From Nitrospirota bacterium (GTDB lineage: Bacteria; Nitrospirota; Thermodesulfovibrionia; Thermodesulfovibrionales; UBA9159), in assembly GCA_963699545.1 (NCBI GenBank), contig CAVOUE010000003.1, positions 96,001 through 160,000 of the forward strand: DNA of 64,000 bases, written 5' to 3'. The position numbers were made by a program, and so were the translations under genes. The notes under the pieces were generated by a model. That model made no database searches. It worked only from the letters and a program-made list of their open reading frames with translations, and was not told where the DNA came from. This document shows, one piece after another, positions 21,615 to 31,589 of the stretch; positions within the stretch are counted from its first letter, which is position 1, and each line of letters begins with the position of its first letter.

Positions 21615-22954
21615 GTGCTGAATTAAATAAGAGTTTCGATGTTCAAATCCCCTGGATAATAGAAGAGGAAACGGAGCTGACGATCGATGTTTACGACAAG
21701 CGGCTCTTGGGTTCCAAAAGGCATTTTATCCGCTTCGATTGGTATCCCCTCTACGCTCCTTCCCACATGCAGAGACATCATGGATTCTGGGATATTCCTC
21801 TAAAACATATAAAGCGCGAAAAGACCTCTCTGACCTTGAAACAGGGCGAACTGCGGATGAAAGACGGCTGGCGTACTGTATGTCTGAAGCCCGTATGGAA
21901 GGGAGACCTCGAATTTATCGGATACAGCATGCTCCACATTTCTCTGTGGGACTTTTCAAAAGATCCACCGGCACAGTTGACAGTGAAGTCATCCCAGCAT
22001 GTAATCAGGCCGGGGAAAGATGATCTTCCGCTTGAACAGGTATCCCTTCCCGTAACACAGCGCTGCAACCTCAGTTGTCACATGTGCATGAGACACAATC
22101 CTAAAGACTGGGATGCAGATGATGTGGCGCCCGATGTGCTGAATCCGGTCCTTGATGCGAGTCCTCTTGTTCATTCAGTCCTTGTTTTTGGAATCGGCGA
22201 ACCGCTTCTCTATGAAAATCTATACGGAGCAATCAAAGAGTTAAAAAGGAGGATGCCGGAAGACAGTCAGGTGGGATTTAATACCAACGGCACTTTGATG
22301 ACTAAAAATGCGGCCTCACATCTGATCGATATGGGGCTGAACTGGCTCACCTTCTCTGTTGATGGCGCCACTAAGCCCACGTGTGAGCGCATAAGGATAG
22401 GGGCGGATTTTGATAAGGTGATCGAGAACATCGCCCATACGGTTGAATACAGAAACGCTTCCGGGCATAAGAAGCTCTGGCTTCAGGCGAACTATGTAAT
22501 CCAGGACGAAAACGTCCATGAAATACCGGCCTTTGCAAGATTGGCCGGGTCATTGGGCCTTGATTCGGTTACGTTCAGCCATCTCAGAGACTCTAGGGGG
22601 GAGCTACGCATGTTCGGTGAAAATGTACTTGGTCCTCTGTTTGAGGAGGCCGCTGAAACGGGTAAGAGATACGGGATGAAGACAAATTTTCCGCGTCTGC
22701 GTCCGCTCGATGAGTCAAAATGCCTGTTCATGCAGTCGGCTTTCTTATGGCTCTCCGGCGAGGTTGTGCCATGTTGCCGGATGCTAAAGGGAGCTTATTC
22801 CGGAGCGATCAGAACATTTGGCAATGTGAAGAGAGAGTCGCTTTTAGATATCTGGAACAGCATAGAGTACAGGGAATTCAGACACAGGGTTCTGACCCGC
22901 GATTTTCCTGATGAGTGTAAGCGATGTAATTATGCGACCGGCTTGCTTGGCTGA
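21611..22954 (+). CDS. Radical SAM/SPASM protein with unrecognised N-terminal domain (paralog B)
   Basis: CNLSCHMC, GIGEP, TNGTL, GEVVPCC and CKRC. Confidence 0.9.
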   Translation: MSAELNKSFDVQIPWIIEEETELTIDVYDKRLLGSKRHFIRFDWYPLYAPSHMQRHHGFWDIPLKHIKREKTSLTLKQGELRMKDGWRTVCLKPVWKGDLEFIGYSMLHISLWDFSKDPPAQLTVKSSQHVIRPGKDDLPLEQVSLPVTQRCNLSCHMCMRHNPKDWDADDVAPDVLNPVLDASPLVHSVLVFGIGEPLLYENLYGAIKELKRRMPEDSQVGFNTNGTLMTKNAASHLIDMGLNWLTFSVDGATKPTCERIRIGADFDKVIENIAHTVEYRNASGHKKLWLQANYVIQDENVHEIPAFARLAGSLGLDSVTFSHLRDSRGELRMFGENVLGPLFEEAAETGKRYGMKTNFPRLRPLDESKCLFMQSAFLWLSGEVVPCCRMLKGAYSGAIRTFGNVKRESLLDIWNSIEYREFRHRVLTRDFPDECKRCNYATGLLG

Positions 22955-23600
22955 AAACATTCCGTGAAGATACCGCGAAGATTGAATACTTCAACCAATA
23001 ATACTGTGAAGCGATATAAATATGTCATACCCGGATTATTTTTTTTATTGGTTGCTCTTTTGTTAATAACACTTTCTTCAGTTACTCCAATGATAGAATC
23101 AACACAGGAAGTACAATTAATTACTGATAAACCGGTTGGAAATATTGTCAGAGGATATGTTTACAAACAGGAAATGACATGGAGTTGAATTGTTCTTGGC
23201 GACCTGGATAAGAAACAATACGAATGATAATGAGGTAGTGCTTCTCAACAGTGACTATGAGTATCCTTTTCGTGGAAAAGGTATCTTCGAAAGAAATAAG
23301 AGATAATCAATTTTATTCTATTAATTTCAAAAGAAATATCTATGTCGGCAGAGGTCAAAAGATCTATGTATGCATTTATTCAGATAACGGAGACCAAAAC
23401 AACAACATCACTGTCTGGGTAAATTCAAGAAGTCAGCTCGGCAAATTATACAAGGTCGATATCGTTAATAATGATATCGTTGATTCTATGAAACATGGGG
23501 GCGTTCTCATTGACGGCAGTATGATTTTAAGAACACATGAGTCAAATTCCGATAGCTTTATCTTATTCAGAAGTTTTGTAGTAAATCCGGGGTGGAATGT

Positions 23601-24838
23601 TGGAGTTCCCCCGGTTTGATAGACACATTTAAAGGTACAATTGGAAGCAACTGAGGAGGTGTCCATGTCGAACCGGAAATACACAGAGGAGTTCAAGTCT
23701 GAGGCAATCAAGCAGGTGACAGAGCGGGGCTACAAGGTCCAGGAAGTATGTGAAAGGTTAGGGATATCGGACAAGAGCCTGTACCTGTGGCTGCGATTAG
23801 CACGAAAAAGCAACGGGAAGCACGGACAGGGCAACGACAATGAGCTGAAACAGGAGATCGTTCGTCTGAAGTCGGAACTGAAGCGGGTCGAAGAGGAGCG
23901 TGACATACTAAAAAAGGCCGCCGCGTACTTTGCCAAGGCATCCCAGTAAGGTACGCTTTTATCAGAGGGCACCGGCAGGAGTTTCGAGTGGTGTCAATGT
24001 GTCGGGTGTTGCGGGTGCACAGAAGCGGCTATTACGCCTGGATGAAAGAACCAGAGTCTGCCCGGCAGAAAGAAAATCAGCGATTGGTCGGTTTGATCCG
24101 GGGATTTCATGAGGCAAGCGATCGGTCTTATGGCAGCCCACGGATAACAAGGGATCTGCGGGAGACCGGGGAGCAGTGCAACGAAAAACGGGTAGCCAGA
24201 CTGATGAAGCAGGAAGGCTTAAGGGCAAAGGTTGGCTATAAGCGACCACGGTATAAGGCCGGGAGACCTGCCTTGGTGGTTATGAATCGGCTTGAACAGA
24301 ACTTCGATGTGCCGAGACCTGATTACGCATGGGTGACGGACATTACCTATATCCGCACCTGGGAGGGATGGTTGTATCTGGCAGTTGTACTTGATCTGTT
24401 CTCACGAATTGTGGTGGGTTGGTCGATGAAGCCCACATTGGAGAGAGAACTCGTTCTTGATGCCTTGCTCATGGCTGTATGGAGAAGAAAGCCGAAAGGC
24501 AAAGTTATTGTTCATTCTGATCAGGGCTCGCAGTATGGCAGTGATGACTGGATGAGGTTTTGCAAGGATCATAATCTTGAACCCAGCATGAGCCGGCGCG
24601 GCAACTGCTTTGACAATGCTGTTGCAGAATCCTTTTTCAGTAGTCTCAAGAAGGAAAGAATCGGCAGACGGATTTATCGGAGCAGGGAAGAAGGACGATC
24701 AGATATATTTGATTACATCGAGGTGTTTTACAACAGGACAAGGCGTCATAGCTACCTCGGACAGGTAAGCCCTTATGAGTTTGAAAAGGCGGCTGCCTGT
24801 GGTAGTCTATGAGTGTCTACTGAACCGGGGGAACTCCA
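23601..24838 (+). mobile_element. IS3-family insertion sequence, 1238 bp
   Basis: TG...CA ends; 26-bp terminal IRs with 23/26 matches; 3-bp target duplication TGT at 23598-23600 and 24839-24841. Confidence 0.95.
23665..24812 (+). CDS. IS3 transposase OrfA/OrfB with programmed -1 frameshift
   Basis: OrfA HTH 23665..23949; A AAA AAG slippery site at 23910-23916; OrfB DDE motifs WVTDITY, HSDQGSQY, DNAVAESFF. Confidence 0.93.
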
Positions 24839-26211
24839 TGTGCACGCTACACTGTTCAGGATATTGCCTCATTATCTTCTCATATCACTATTCCTTTTTC
24901 TGTCCTGCTTTTATCTGTATAAATCAGTTGGCCCTAAATCTATCTATTTAATAGTCCTTATGGTAGGCATTTTCAGCGCCTTCAATATCCCGGCATATTC
25001 CAGAATTGATGAGGGGGCCCATTTTGATTATATCAACAGCATAGCCGACAATCACAGGTTGCCTACTATTTTTGATAGAATCGATACTGCGAAATTGTTC
25101 GGATTAAGAAATTATGTGAGAACCGATCTTATTCCTCGGGAGATACATCAATACGAAGCCTTTCAACCTCCCCTGTATTATTCTTTATGTGCTTCAGTGT
25201 CTTGGTTGATCTCTGTATTTACAGAATCCCTACTTGTAAGACTTTTTTCATTGAGGATCCTCGCGGTCCTGCTTTTATTGGTTTCAATATATTTTTTAAA
25301 CAAAACCTATCTGGTTCTGGTCAACAAGAATGTGTTCAAAAGAAATGATTTCTTATTTTTTTACGTTTCTTTGTTGTTCATTTTTTCACCGGGCTTCATT
25401 AAAGTGATGATACCCCTTAACAACGACCATTTATTAGTGCCCTTATTTACTGCTCTTATTTATCTGATCGTCAAGCATTATTTTTCAGCAGATTTGAATA
25501 CCGGAAGTATTCTCGTTATGTCCATTATCTCCGGCGCCATCATCCTAACGAAGCTTACTGCTCTCTTTGTTATCATAATTCCAATAATCCTTTTGCTCTA
25601 CAAAAAAGAATATAGATATATATTTCTCTTGATTCTCACAATCATATTAATGCTCTCTCCCTGGCTTGTCTTTAATCTTCTCAACTACGGGGCCCTTACT
25701 GGAGCCTCAGAGCATATAAGAATTGTTAAGCCCATTCTTGATCCTGATAATGTTAAGTGGACTCCATTGTACATAGCAAGGCATTTCCCGGAGTTTATCA
25801 GGTCCACATGGTTTTCTAACTATTTCTCCAGTAGCATCCTTGATGACGCGATTAATTCCCTTTTGACGGCACTTTTGGTTTTGTCGACTATGTTTCCGAT
25901 CTACTCAGTCTTATCGTCGAAGAAAGATGATCTTCAAGTATCGTTAACCGACAGAAAAAGAATTTCGTTTCTATTTCTTATTTCTATCCTATTAAATACT
26001 GTCTTGCTTGTCTTTCTCACTTTGAGAAATCAGCATTATAGTTTATACGGAAGATACATGTTCATGAACCTTTCATGCTTTGTTTTCTTGTTGTATACAT
26101 TTCTTCAAGACTTTTATAATGAAAAATACCGGAAGCTTGCCATTGCTTTTTCCCTCCCTGTCTTATTTCTTTTCTTGTTTGAAATTGTTCGATTAGTCTA
26201 AAATTCATCTT

Positions 26212-27516
26212 ATGGACATCTCCGATAGAACAGGGCGCAGATCGCGCGAGCGTTTGAGAGGAGAAGGTTTGAGGCTGAATCCTGACCGGCTCTTCTCCAT
26301 CCTTGTGTTCGCTGCTGCCTTTGCAATCATTATACTCAGACGGCCGGACGCAGTCTTAAATCCACAGTTTTGGGCCGAAGACGGAACACTCCTTTATGCA
26401 GATGCATATAATAAGGGGGTAATAACGCCTCTTCTTTCACCGGTTGGAGCCGGATATTTGTTAACTTTTCCGCGACTGATTGCTGCTTTCTCTCAGTTCT
26501 TTCCTCTTTCATGGGCACCCTTAATATTCAACCTCTCCGCAATTATCATTGAAGCAATACCAGCGGCTTTGATTGTATCATCACGTTTTTCAGTGTCGAT
26601 ACCTGATCTGCGGATAAGGATGTTCCTGTCATTTCTCTATCTAAACCTTCCGAATTCATGGGAGATTCATGCCAACTTGATAAATACACCAACTCATCTT
26701 GCTCTCTTATCTTTCATGGTTCTGTCGGCCGGACCGAGCAGTCAGTTTTTTTGGCGCATTCTTGATGCAGTGGTTGTCCTGTTATCAGGGCTCACCGGCC
26801 CTTTTTGTATACTATTAACTCCAATTGCAGCGCTATTCTGGCTTAAGCGCCGCGAGAAAGAATCTTTCACACTTCTTATGCTGATATATGCATGCACAGC
26901 CATACAAGGCACAATTCTTATCATGGGTAATCCGCGTCCACAACTACCTCTGGGGGCTACTCCAAAACTATTTGTTGAAATACTCGCAAGCCAGGTCTTC
27001 TTAGGCGCTTTGATCGGTCAAAGAGGTCCTCAGTTTATATCATATTTTTCGACATTGCACAACGTAATTCTCATACTATTTGGCATGTTAGGGCTTGCAG
27101 CACTTATCAACGCTCTATCAAAAGCTTCCCTGGAATTGCGGCTTTTTGTCCTCTATGCCTTACTTCTCTTCTGCGCTGCCCTGTCCTCGCCATTAGTAAA
27201 TACAACTACTTCTCAATGGCCGCTGTTGTTACTGCCCGGGGTCGGTGGACGATATTGGTTTATCCCGATGCTCGCCTTTATAAGCGTCTTGGTTTGGACG
27301 TTGCGCGGATCAAGTTCGCCTATATCAAGAACGCTCGCCGCGTTGGCATTTGCGATCATGATACTGGGTATAATTCTGGATTGGCGGTATCCCTCCTTCA
27401 AAGATTTCAATTTCAAGGAGAATGCCTATCAATTTGAATCAGCACCCGCTGGTACCCGAGCCACAATTCCCATTAACCCGCCGGGGTGGACGATGACCCT
27501 TATCAAGCACCAGTGA
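26212..27516 (+). CDS. Polytopic membrane protein, putative GT-C/GtrII-like glycosyltransferase
   Basis: RRPD...PQFWAEDG and RYWFIP motifs; many TMs; glycan-cluster context. Confidence 0.6.
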   Translation: MDISDRTGRRSRERLRGEGLRLNPDRLFSILVFAAAFAIIILRRPDAVLNPQFWAEDGTLLYADAYNKGVITPLLSPVGAGYLLTFPRLIAAFSQFFPLSWAPLIFNLSAIIIEAIPAALIVSSRFSVSIPDLRIRMFLSFLYLNLPNSWEIHANLINTPTHLALLSFMVLSAGPSSQFFWRILDAVVVLLSGLTGPFCILLTPIAALFWLKRREKESFTLLMLIYACTAIQGTILIMGNPRPQLPLGATPKLFVEILASQVFLGALIGQRGPQFISYFSTLHNVILILFGMLGLAALINALSKASLELRLFVLYALLLFCAALSSPLVNTTTSQWPLLLLPGVGGRYWFIPMLAFISVLVWTLRGSSSPISRTLAALAFAIMILGIILDWRYPSFKDFNFKENAYQFESAPAGTRATIPINPPGWTMTLIKHQ

Positions 27517-27593
27517 CGCTCAGCAGAATCTATAAATTCATTATGCCGTCGAAGATTACTTGAAATGTCAGTAAAATTGGAAATGCAAAAGAA

Positions 27594-27639
27594 TGGTGGC
27601 GATGCTGGGATTGAACCAGCGACCTCTCCCGTGTGAAGG
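27594..27639 (-). repeat. att site: duplicated 3' part of tRNA-Val
   Basis: TGGTGGCGATGCTGGGATTGAACCAGCGACCTCTCCCGTGTGAAGG matches 34604-34650 except for a 1-nt deletion. Confidence 0.95.
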
Positions 27640-27877
27640 TGAATCAAAAGAGAGGTTGCCTTTTATGTATCTTTATAAACCCTTATGAATCTATAGAAAC
27701 AGGGGAAGAAAGGGAAAGGGGCTTTTAGGTCCTTTCCCTATTTTTTTGCCTGTCTACTATACAAAAACTATACAGTGGGGCTTGGTTATCCAGGCCCCTT
27801 TTTGTTTGTTACACCCATTACAGATCATGTGTGGGGTATTGAAGAGATTCTTTCATTAATGATATGAAATGAGCAGG

Positions 27878-28135
27878 CTATTTAACTAACTTTAATTGGC
27901 GAAGCTCTGTTGTCGACCAGCCGATGTCTGCAAGTAATCCTTTTAATAAGTGGGCACCATAAGTCTTCTTAGGGTGATAATGAATGGTTACACGTTTTCG
28001 TGTGACGGGATGCAGATAAACATATATATTACCGGCCCCTTCATCTCTTATCCACCCACTTTTTTCTAAGGCTTTAACTATTTCGTCTACTGTAACATTC
28101 TTGAGTTGATTCCAGATATTAGGCGGATAATTCAT
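27878..28135 (-). CDS. hicA: HicA-family toxin
   Basis: 85 aa; ALEKSGW...RVTIHYHPKKTYGAHLLKGLL pattern. Confidence 0.75.
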   Translation of the reverse strand: MNYPPNIWNQLKNVTVDEIVKALEKSGWIRDEGAGNIYVYLHPVTRKRVTIHYHPKKTYGAHLLKGLLADIGWSTTELRQLKLVK

Positions 28136-28144
28136 TCATAAGAC

Positions 28145-28450
28145 TCAGACTGTTACAAGAACATTCTGAGTCTGTCTGGGGGGGCATGACAACTTCATCG
28201 TTCTACTTGATGTTGAACAAACTTCCTGAGTTGCTTCTATTTTCATTTGGAGTGGAATTGGCTCATGATGCTTGATAAGGGATTTTATATATAAGACTAT
28301 AGCGACCTTAATGTTTTCTACAGCCTTTTCTTCGGTTTCACCGTCCATGTGTACGCCTTTTAATGCAGGGCAAAAAGCATGATAGCCGTGACTATCCTTC
28401 CCCACGCAAATATCCACCTGAAATGTTATCTTGTGCTTCTTGCTCTCCAT
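28145..28450 (-). CDS. hicB: HicB-like antitoxin
   Basis: YHAFCPALKGVHMDGETEEKAVENIKVAI HicB motif. Confidence 0.8.
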   Translation of the reverse strand: MESKKHKITFQVDICVGKDSHGYHAFCPALKGVHMDGETEEKAVENIKVAIVLYIKSLIKHHEPIPLQMKIEATQEVCSTSSRTMKLSCPPRQTQNVLVTV

Positions 28451-28668
28451 CTCCCCTTGCCTTCCCTCAGCACCTAACAAGCAATTGCCGGTGCTTTACT
28501 CTTAAATCATTATGAACACACTAAAAAGCATTTGTCAAGTGTTTTTTGGGTAGTATTCTAATTTGGTTACTAAGTAATTGTATGCAGCAAATAATTACTA
28601 CCGAGAGTCCGAAATCTGGGTTTTTCTCTTCAACTTTTCGCTTGTGCCTGCTATACTGCTTTTGGGGG

Positions 28669-28968
28669 ATGAATTCGGTGAAGGATTTGAAAGACATCCT
28701 TGGAAGCATATCGACTACGTTTGAAAACATGTCATTTACGCTTCTGCTTGGTCTCTCTCTTTTTCTGGTTTATCTTATCCTCTTAGTGGCTATTGGACAA
28801 CTTCCCGAAGAGTGGAGCGTTGTCTTTGTCGTTGGCATCCCATTGGCCCTTGCGTATGTTATTTGGAGAAGGATCAGAACGAATCGAGAGGCTATGCACG
28901 TTATTGTGTATGGGGCTATATTCTTCATTCTTATAAAAGTCCTATCTCTGTTGTACAAAATGCTTTAA
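28669..28968 (+). CDS. Small hypothetical membrane protein
   Basis: Three hydrophobic segments; followed by a GC hairpin and T-run. Confidence 0.5.
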   Translation: MNSVKDLKDILGSISTTFENMSFTLLLGLSLFLVYLILLVAIGQLPEEWSVVFVVGIPLALAYVIWRRIRTNREAMHVIVYGAIFFILIKVLSLLYKML

Positions 28969-29042
28969 TCCCTGGGGCAACCGGGGCCTTTTTCTTCCCA
29001 GTCGAGCTTTGATATACTGTGGCTGAAAGGTGAGGGGGAACC

Positions 29043-29564
29043 GTGAGAAAGATGGCTTTGCTTTTCGTCTTCCTATTTATCCTATGGGGCACGTCCTATG
29101 CTGAACCAAGAGTATTTACAAATGACGACTTAGAGAAATACGACTCTGCTCCTATGTTTCACAGCGAAGAACAGGCAAGCCCCAAGGAAAGCACAACAGA
29201 CAACGATGATAAGAATCGTGAAATAAAGAGACTGAAGGAGAGGCTTGATCAAGTCGTACGAAGAGAGGTCGAATCAAAACAACAGAAGAGTGAACCTGTT
29301 TTACCAGGGTTATTGCGGCAAAATAATTGTAAGGTGGAATCGTTTTCGGCGTATGATTGCAGTTACGGTTATCTCGGCGAGGAAAGAATTATATCGTTAA
29401 ACATACAACAATGTGTATTTGTAACTATAACAAATCTCTGGGGAGTAAGCAGATTTGTCAGTGACGCTAAGATATATGCACTGTTTGGCGATAATACCTT
29501 ACAAGTTCGGACTTTGATGAGTATTGATAGTAAACAAATGTTGTTCGCTGGAGAACACTTATAA
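29043..29564 (+). CDS. Secreted hypothetical protein
   Basis: Signal peptide; VFTNDDLEKY motif; coiled segment. Confidence 0.55.
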   Translation: MRKMALLFVFLFILWGTSYAEPRVFTNDDLEKYDSAPMFHSEEQASPKESTTDNDDKNREIKRLKERLDQVVRREVESKQQKSEPVLPGLLRQNNCKVESFSAYDCSYGYLGEERIISLNIQQCVFVTITNLWGVSRFVSDAKIYALFGDNTLQVRTLMSIDSKQMLFAGEHL

Positions 29565-29658
29565 GGGAAGGGTAGTTTTTCCTGGGAGTGGATCTATTGT
29601 CGAAATCGCATGCGAAATTGTGAATTAAATGCTTTTCCGTAGCTTATGGGGGTAAGTT

Positions 29659-30351
29659 ATGAACGCAAGGCAGATAATAGCCATTATAATTTCAATTCTA
29701 ATTATCGGGGTGTCTTTATTACCTATTTTGTTCACCGTTACCGTTTACGACAATTGGAATCGTCTTGGACATCCATATTTTAACCATGTGTGGTGGTTCC
29801 CAATTGCTGGCCTTACAGTATCGGGTGTTATTCTTCTTATGACTTTCAAAAGAAACAAGATAAGCATAGAATGTGGTACTGACGCCACAACACGGGAAAA
29901 CCGGAGTCTGCAAGGAGACCGTATGAAATCAAGTATTAAACGAGTAATCGCAAGAGAAGGGCTGATACTCATTTCCTTACTTCTGCTTTTTGGCACCTTC
30001 CAAGCTCTTGACTATTGGCAATCACATAGAATAACGCCCCATCTAGATTTGGGAACGAGCAAACTTGTCCCACCCCAGGATTTGCCTAAGGAGCTTCAGC
30101 AAGAAAACTCGATTCCGAGGAAAGGATTAACTGAGGGCAAATGGGTAGATGTGGACATATTTGACAAAATCCCTGATGTGGAGCTGTATAATGCAGCAGG
30201 GATACCAATAAAAGATAGGCCACTGATCTATCAGATTAATTTTTCTCTTATTTCCGCATTCTTTCTGATAGTGGCTTATCCGCTATATTGGCTCATTAGG
30301 TTCACTGTATGGGCCATTAAGACTGTTAGAAGAAAAGAAGCGACAATATAA
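29659..30351 (+). CDS. Hypothetical membrane protein
   Basis: Four hydrophobic segments. Confidence 0.55.
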   Translation: MNARQIIAIIISILIIGVSLLPILFTVTVYDNWNRLGHPYFNHVWWFPIAGLTVSGVILLMTFKRNKISIECGTDATTRENRSLQGDRMKSSIKRVIAREGLILISLLLLFGTFQALDYWQSHRITPHLDLGTSKLVPPQDLPKELQQENSIPRKGLTEGKWVDVDIFDKIPDVELYNAAGIPIKDRPLIYQINFSLISAFFLIVAYPLYWLIRFTVWAIKTVRRKEATI

Positions 30352-30385
30352 CCATCACATCTAACAATAATTCAGGAAAATGCTT

Positions 30386-30448
30386 TCAGGGGATAGGGTA
30401 GCTCCCGAAAAGCGGAACTCCTACCGCCTGCCCCTGATAGTTTAGGAG
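30386..30448 (+). ncRNA. Candidate structured cis-regulatory RNA (three-way junction with possible pseudoknot)
   Basis: TCAGGGG/CCCCTGA outer stem; inner GGG-TAGCT-CCC and GCGG-AACTCCTA-CCGC hairpins; loop CTCCTA complementary to TAGGAG at 30443-30448. Confidence 0.45.
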
Positions 30449-30462
30449 AACCACAAAGGAGA

Positions 30463-31188
30463 GTGGTAATGGGAAGAGGAAGAAGGTTTTCACTTCAGCG
30501 CTATTATCCTGATCTGGTTAAAGAGCATTACACGCCTGAAAGGATCGAAGAATGGAAAGCCATTCACGCGATAGATGCATCACGTCAATATAGAGATCGT
30601 TTCCTATCGGGGGACGAGAAAGCAATCTTCCACTTTGTGAAGGTTTGCCCTGAGTGTTTTCGTGAAGTTTGGCCCTTCCCTGATGGTTCGACAATCCCCT
30701 GCTATTCGGAGAACAACTTTTTTCCAGAAAAGTCGGGCCGCTCCTGGGTGATTGAGCAAATTGAGAAATGGAAGAACGAGGATACAAAAGAGGCAAGAAC
30801 AAAACTAAAGGCTCTTTTTAAGGCCTATACTGATAGCCGAGGTGCTAAAAGAAAACCCCCGGAAGAGGATCAGAGAATATACAGCCAAATTAAGAAGGCA
30901 TACAAAAAAACAAAGAATCTAACAGACGCTATATGGAAGGTAGTCGATGTGAACAATAACCCTGAGAAGGGCCTTGACCCCAGCCTGCAAAAGCTGTTAC
31001 TCAAACACTCTAAGGATATGAGGAGAGACAAAAAAGCACTTGATACCGTAGCGATAGAAACAGGCATTGCAAAACGTAAGCTTACTGCGTATGTAAAAAG
31101 TGGCGCTTCAATCTTCAACACCTACAAAGAAATATATTACGAAATGGAAAAGTTAGAGAAAGAGAAAAAGCGCGTCTTCGGCACATGA
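30463..31188 (+). CDS. Hypothetical protein (basic, 241 aa)
   Basis: Long ORF after SD AAAGGAG; no recognised family. Confidence 0.65.
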   Translation: MVMGRGRRFSLQRYYPDLVKEHYTPERIEEWKAIHAIDASRQYRDRFLSGDEKAIFHFVKVCPECFREVWPFPDGSTIPCYSENNFFPEKSGRSWVIEQIEKWKNEDTKEARTKLKALFKAYTDSRGAKRKPPEEDQRIYSQIKKAYKKTKNLTDAIWKVVDVNNNPEKGLDPSLQKLLLKHSKDMRRDKKALDTVAIETGIAKRKLTAYVKSGASIFNTYKEIYYEMEKLEKEKKRVFGT

Positions 31189-31308
31189 GCCTTTCCCCCT
31201 CCCTGTTGTAGGTTTTGAAACCCCCATTTCACAACCTACAAGTCTATTTCACCCCTTGTGATATAAACAAAGCAGAAGGGCGTAGCCCTAATGAAAATGA
31301 CATAGGGA

Positions 31309-31569
31309 GTGAATATGACAAAGGCAGCCGGAATGTTTCACACCTTCAAAACCCTTGATATTTACCTGAGCGCTTTTCTTCTTCTCTGTGGACTCAAACC
31401 TGACCTGGAAGTAAACAACGGTAAGGTTGTCTTTGCTTTTCAGGCAACAGACGAACTATATCGATATCTCGCCTATTACAACGAGGGCGTTGACGTAAAG
31501 GTTACAGAGTATGTAACTACCATAAAGATTCTGAGGGGGCAAATGCTGACACTGAGGAACGCGAAATAG
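31309..31569 (+). CDS. Small hypothetical protein (DUF5659-like)
   Basis: TLDIYLSAFL...GKVVFAF pattern. Confidence 0.65.
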   Translation: MNMTKAAGMFHTFKTLDIYLSAFLLLCGLKPDLEVNNGKVVFAFQATDELYRYLAYYNEGVDVKVTEYVTTIKILRGQMLTLRNAK

Positions 31570-31589
31570 ATAACGAGAAAGGAGGGAAT

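Larger units (their letters stand above)
22964..26201 (+). pseudogene. Polytopic membrane protein (DUF2142/GT-C-like) interrupted by IS3, with extra 5' frameshifts
   Basis: DEGAHF and YEAFQPPLYY motifs; removing the IS and one TGT copy joins ...NPGWNV-HATLFRIL... in frame. Confidence 0.75.

Noticed and set aside
17647-22954. RiPP cluster interpretation of the rSAM/SPASM genes
   Set aside because: No precursor peptide, recognisable RRE/PqqD domain or peptidase seen; the context is glycan biosynthesis
27594-27639. Second tRNA gene
   Set aside because: Only the 3' part is present; it is an att duplicate
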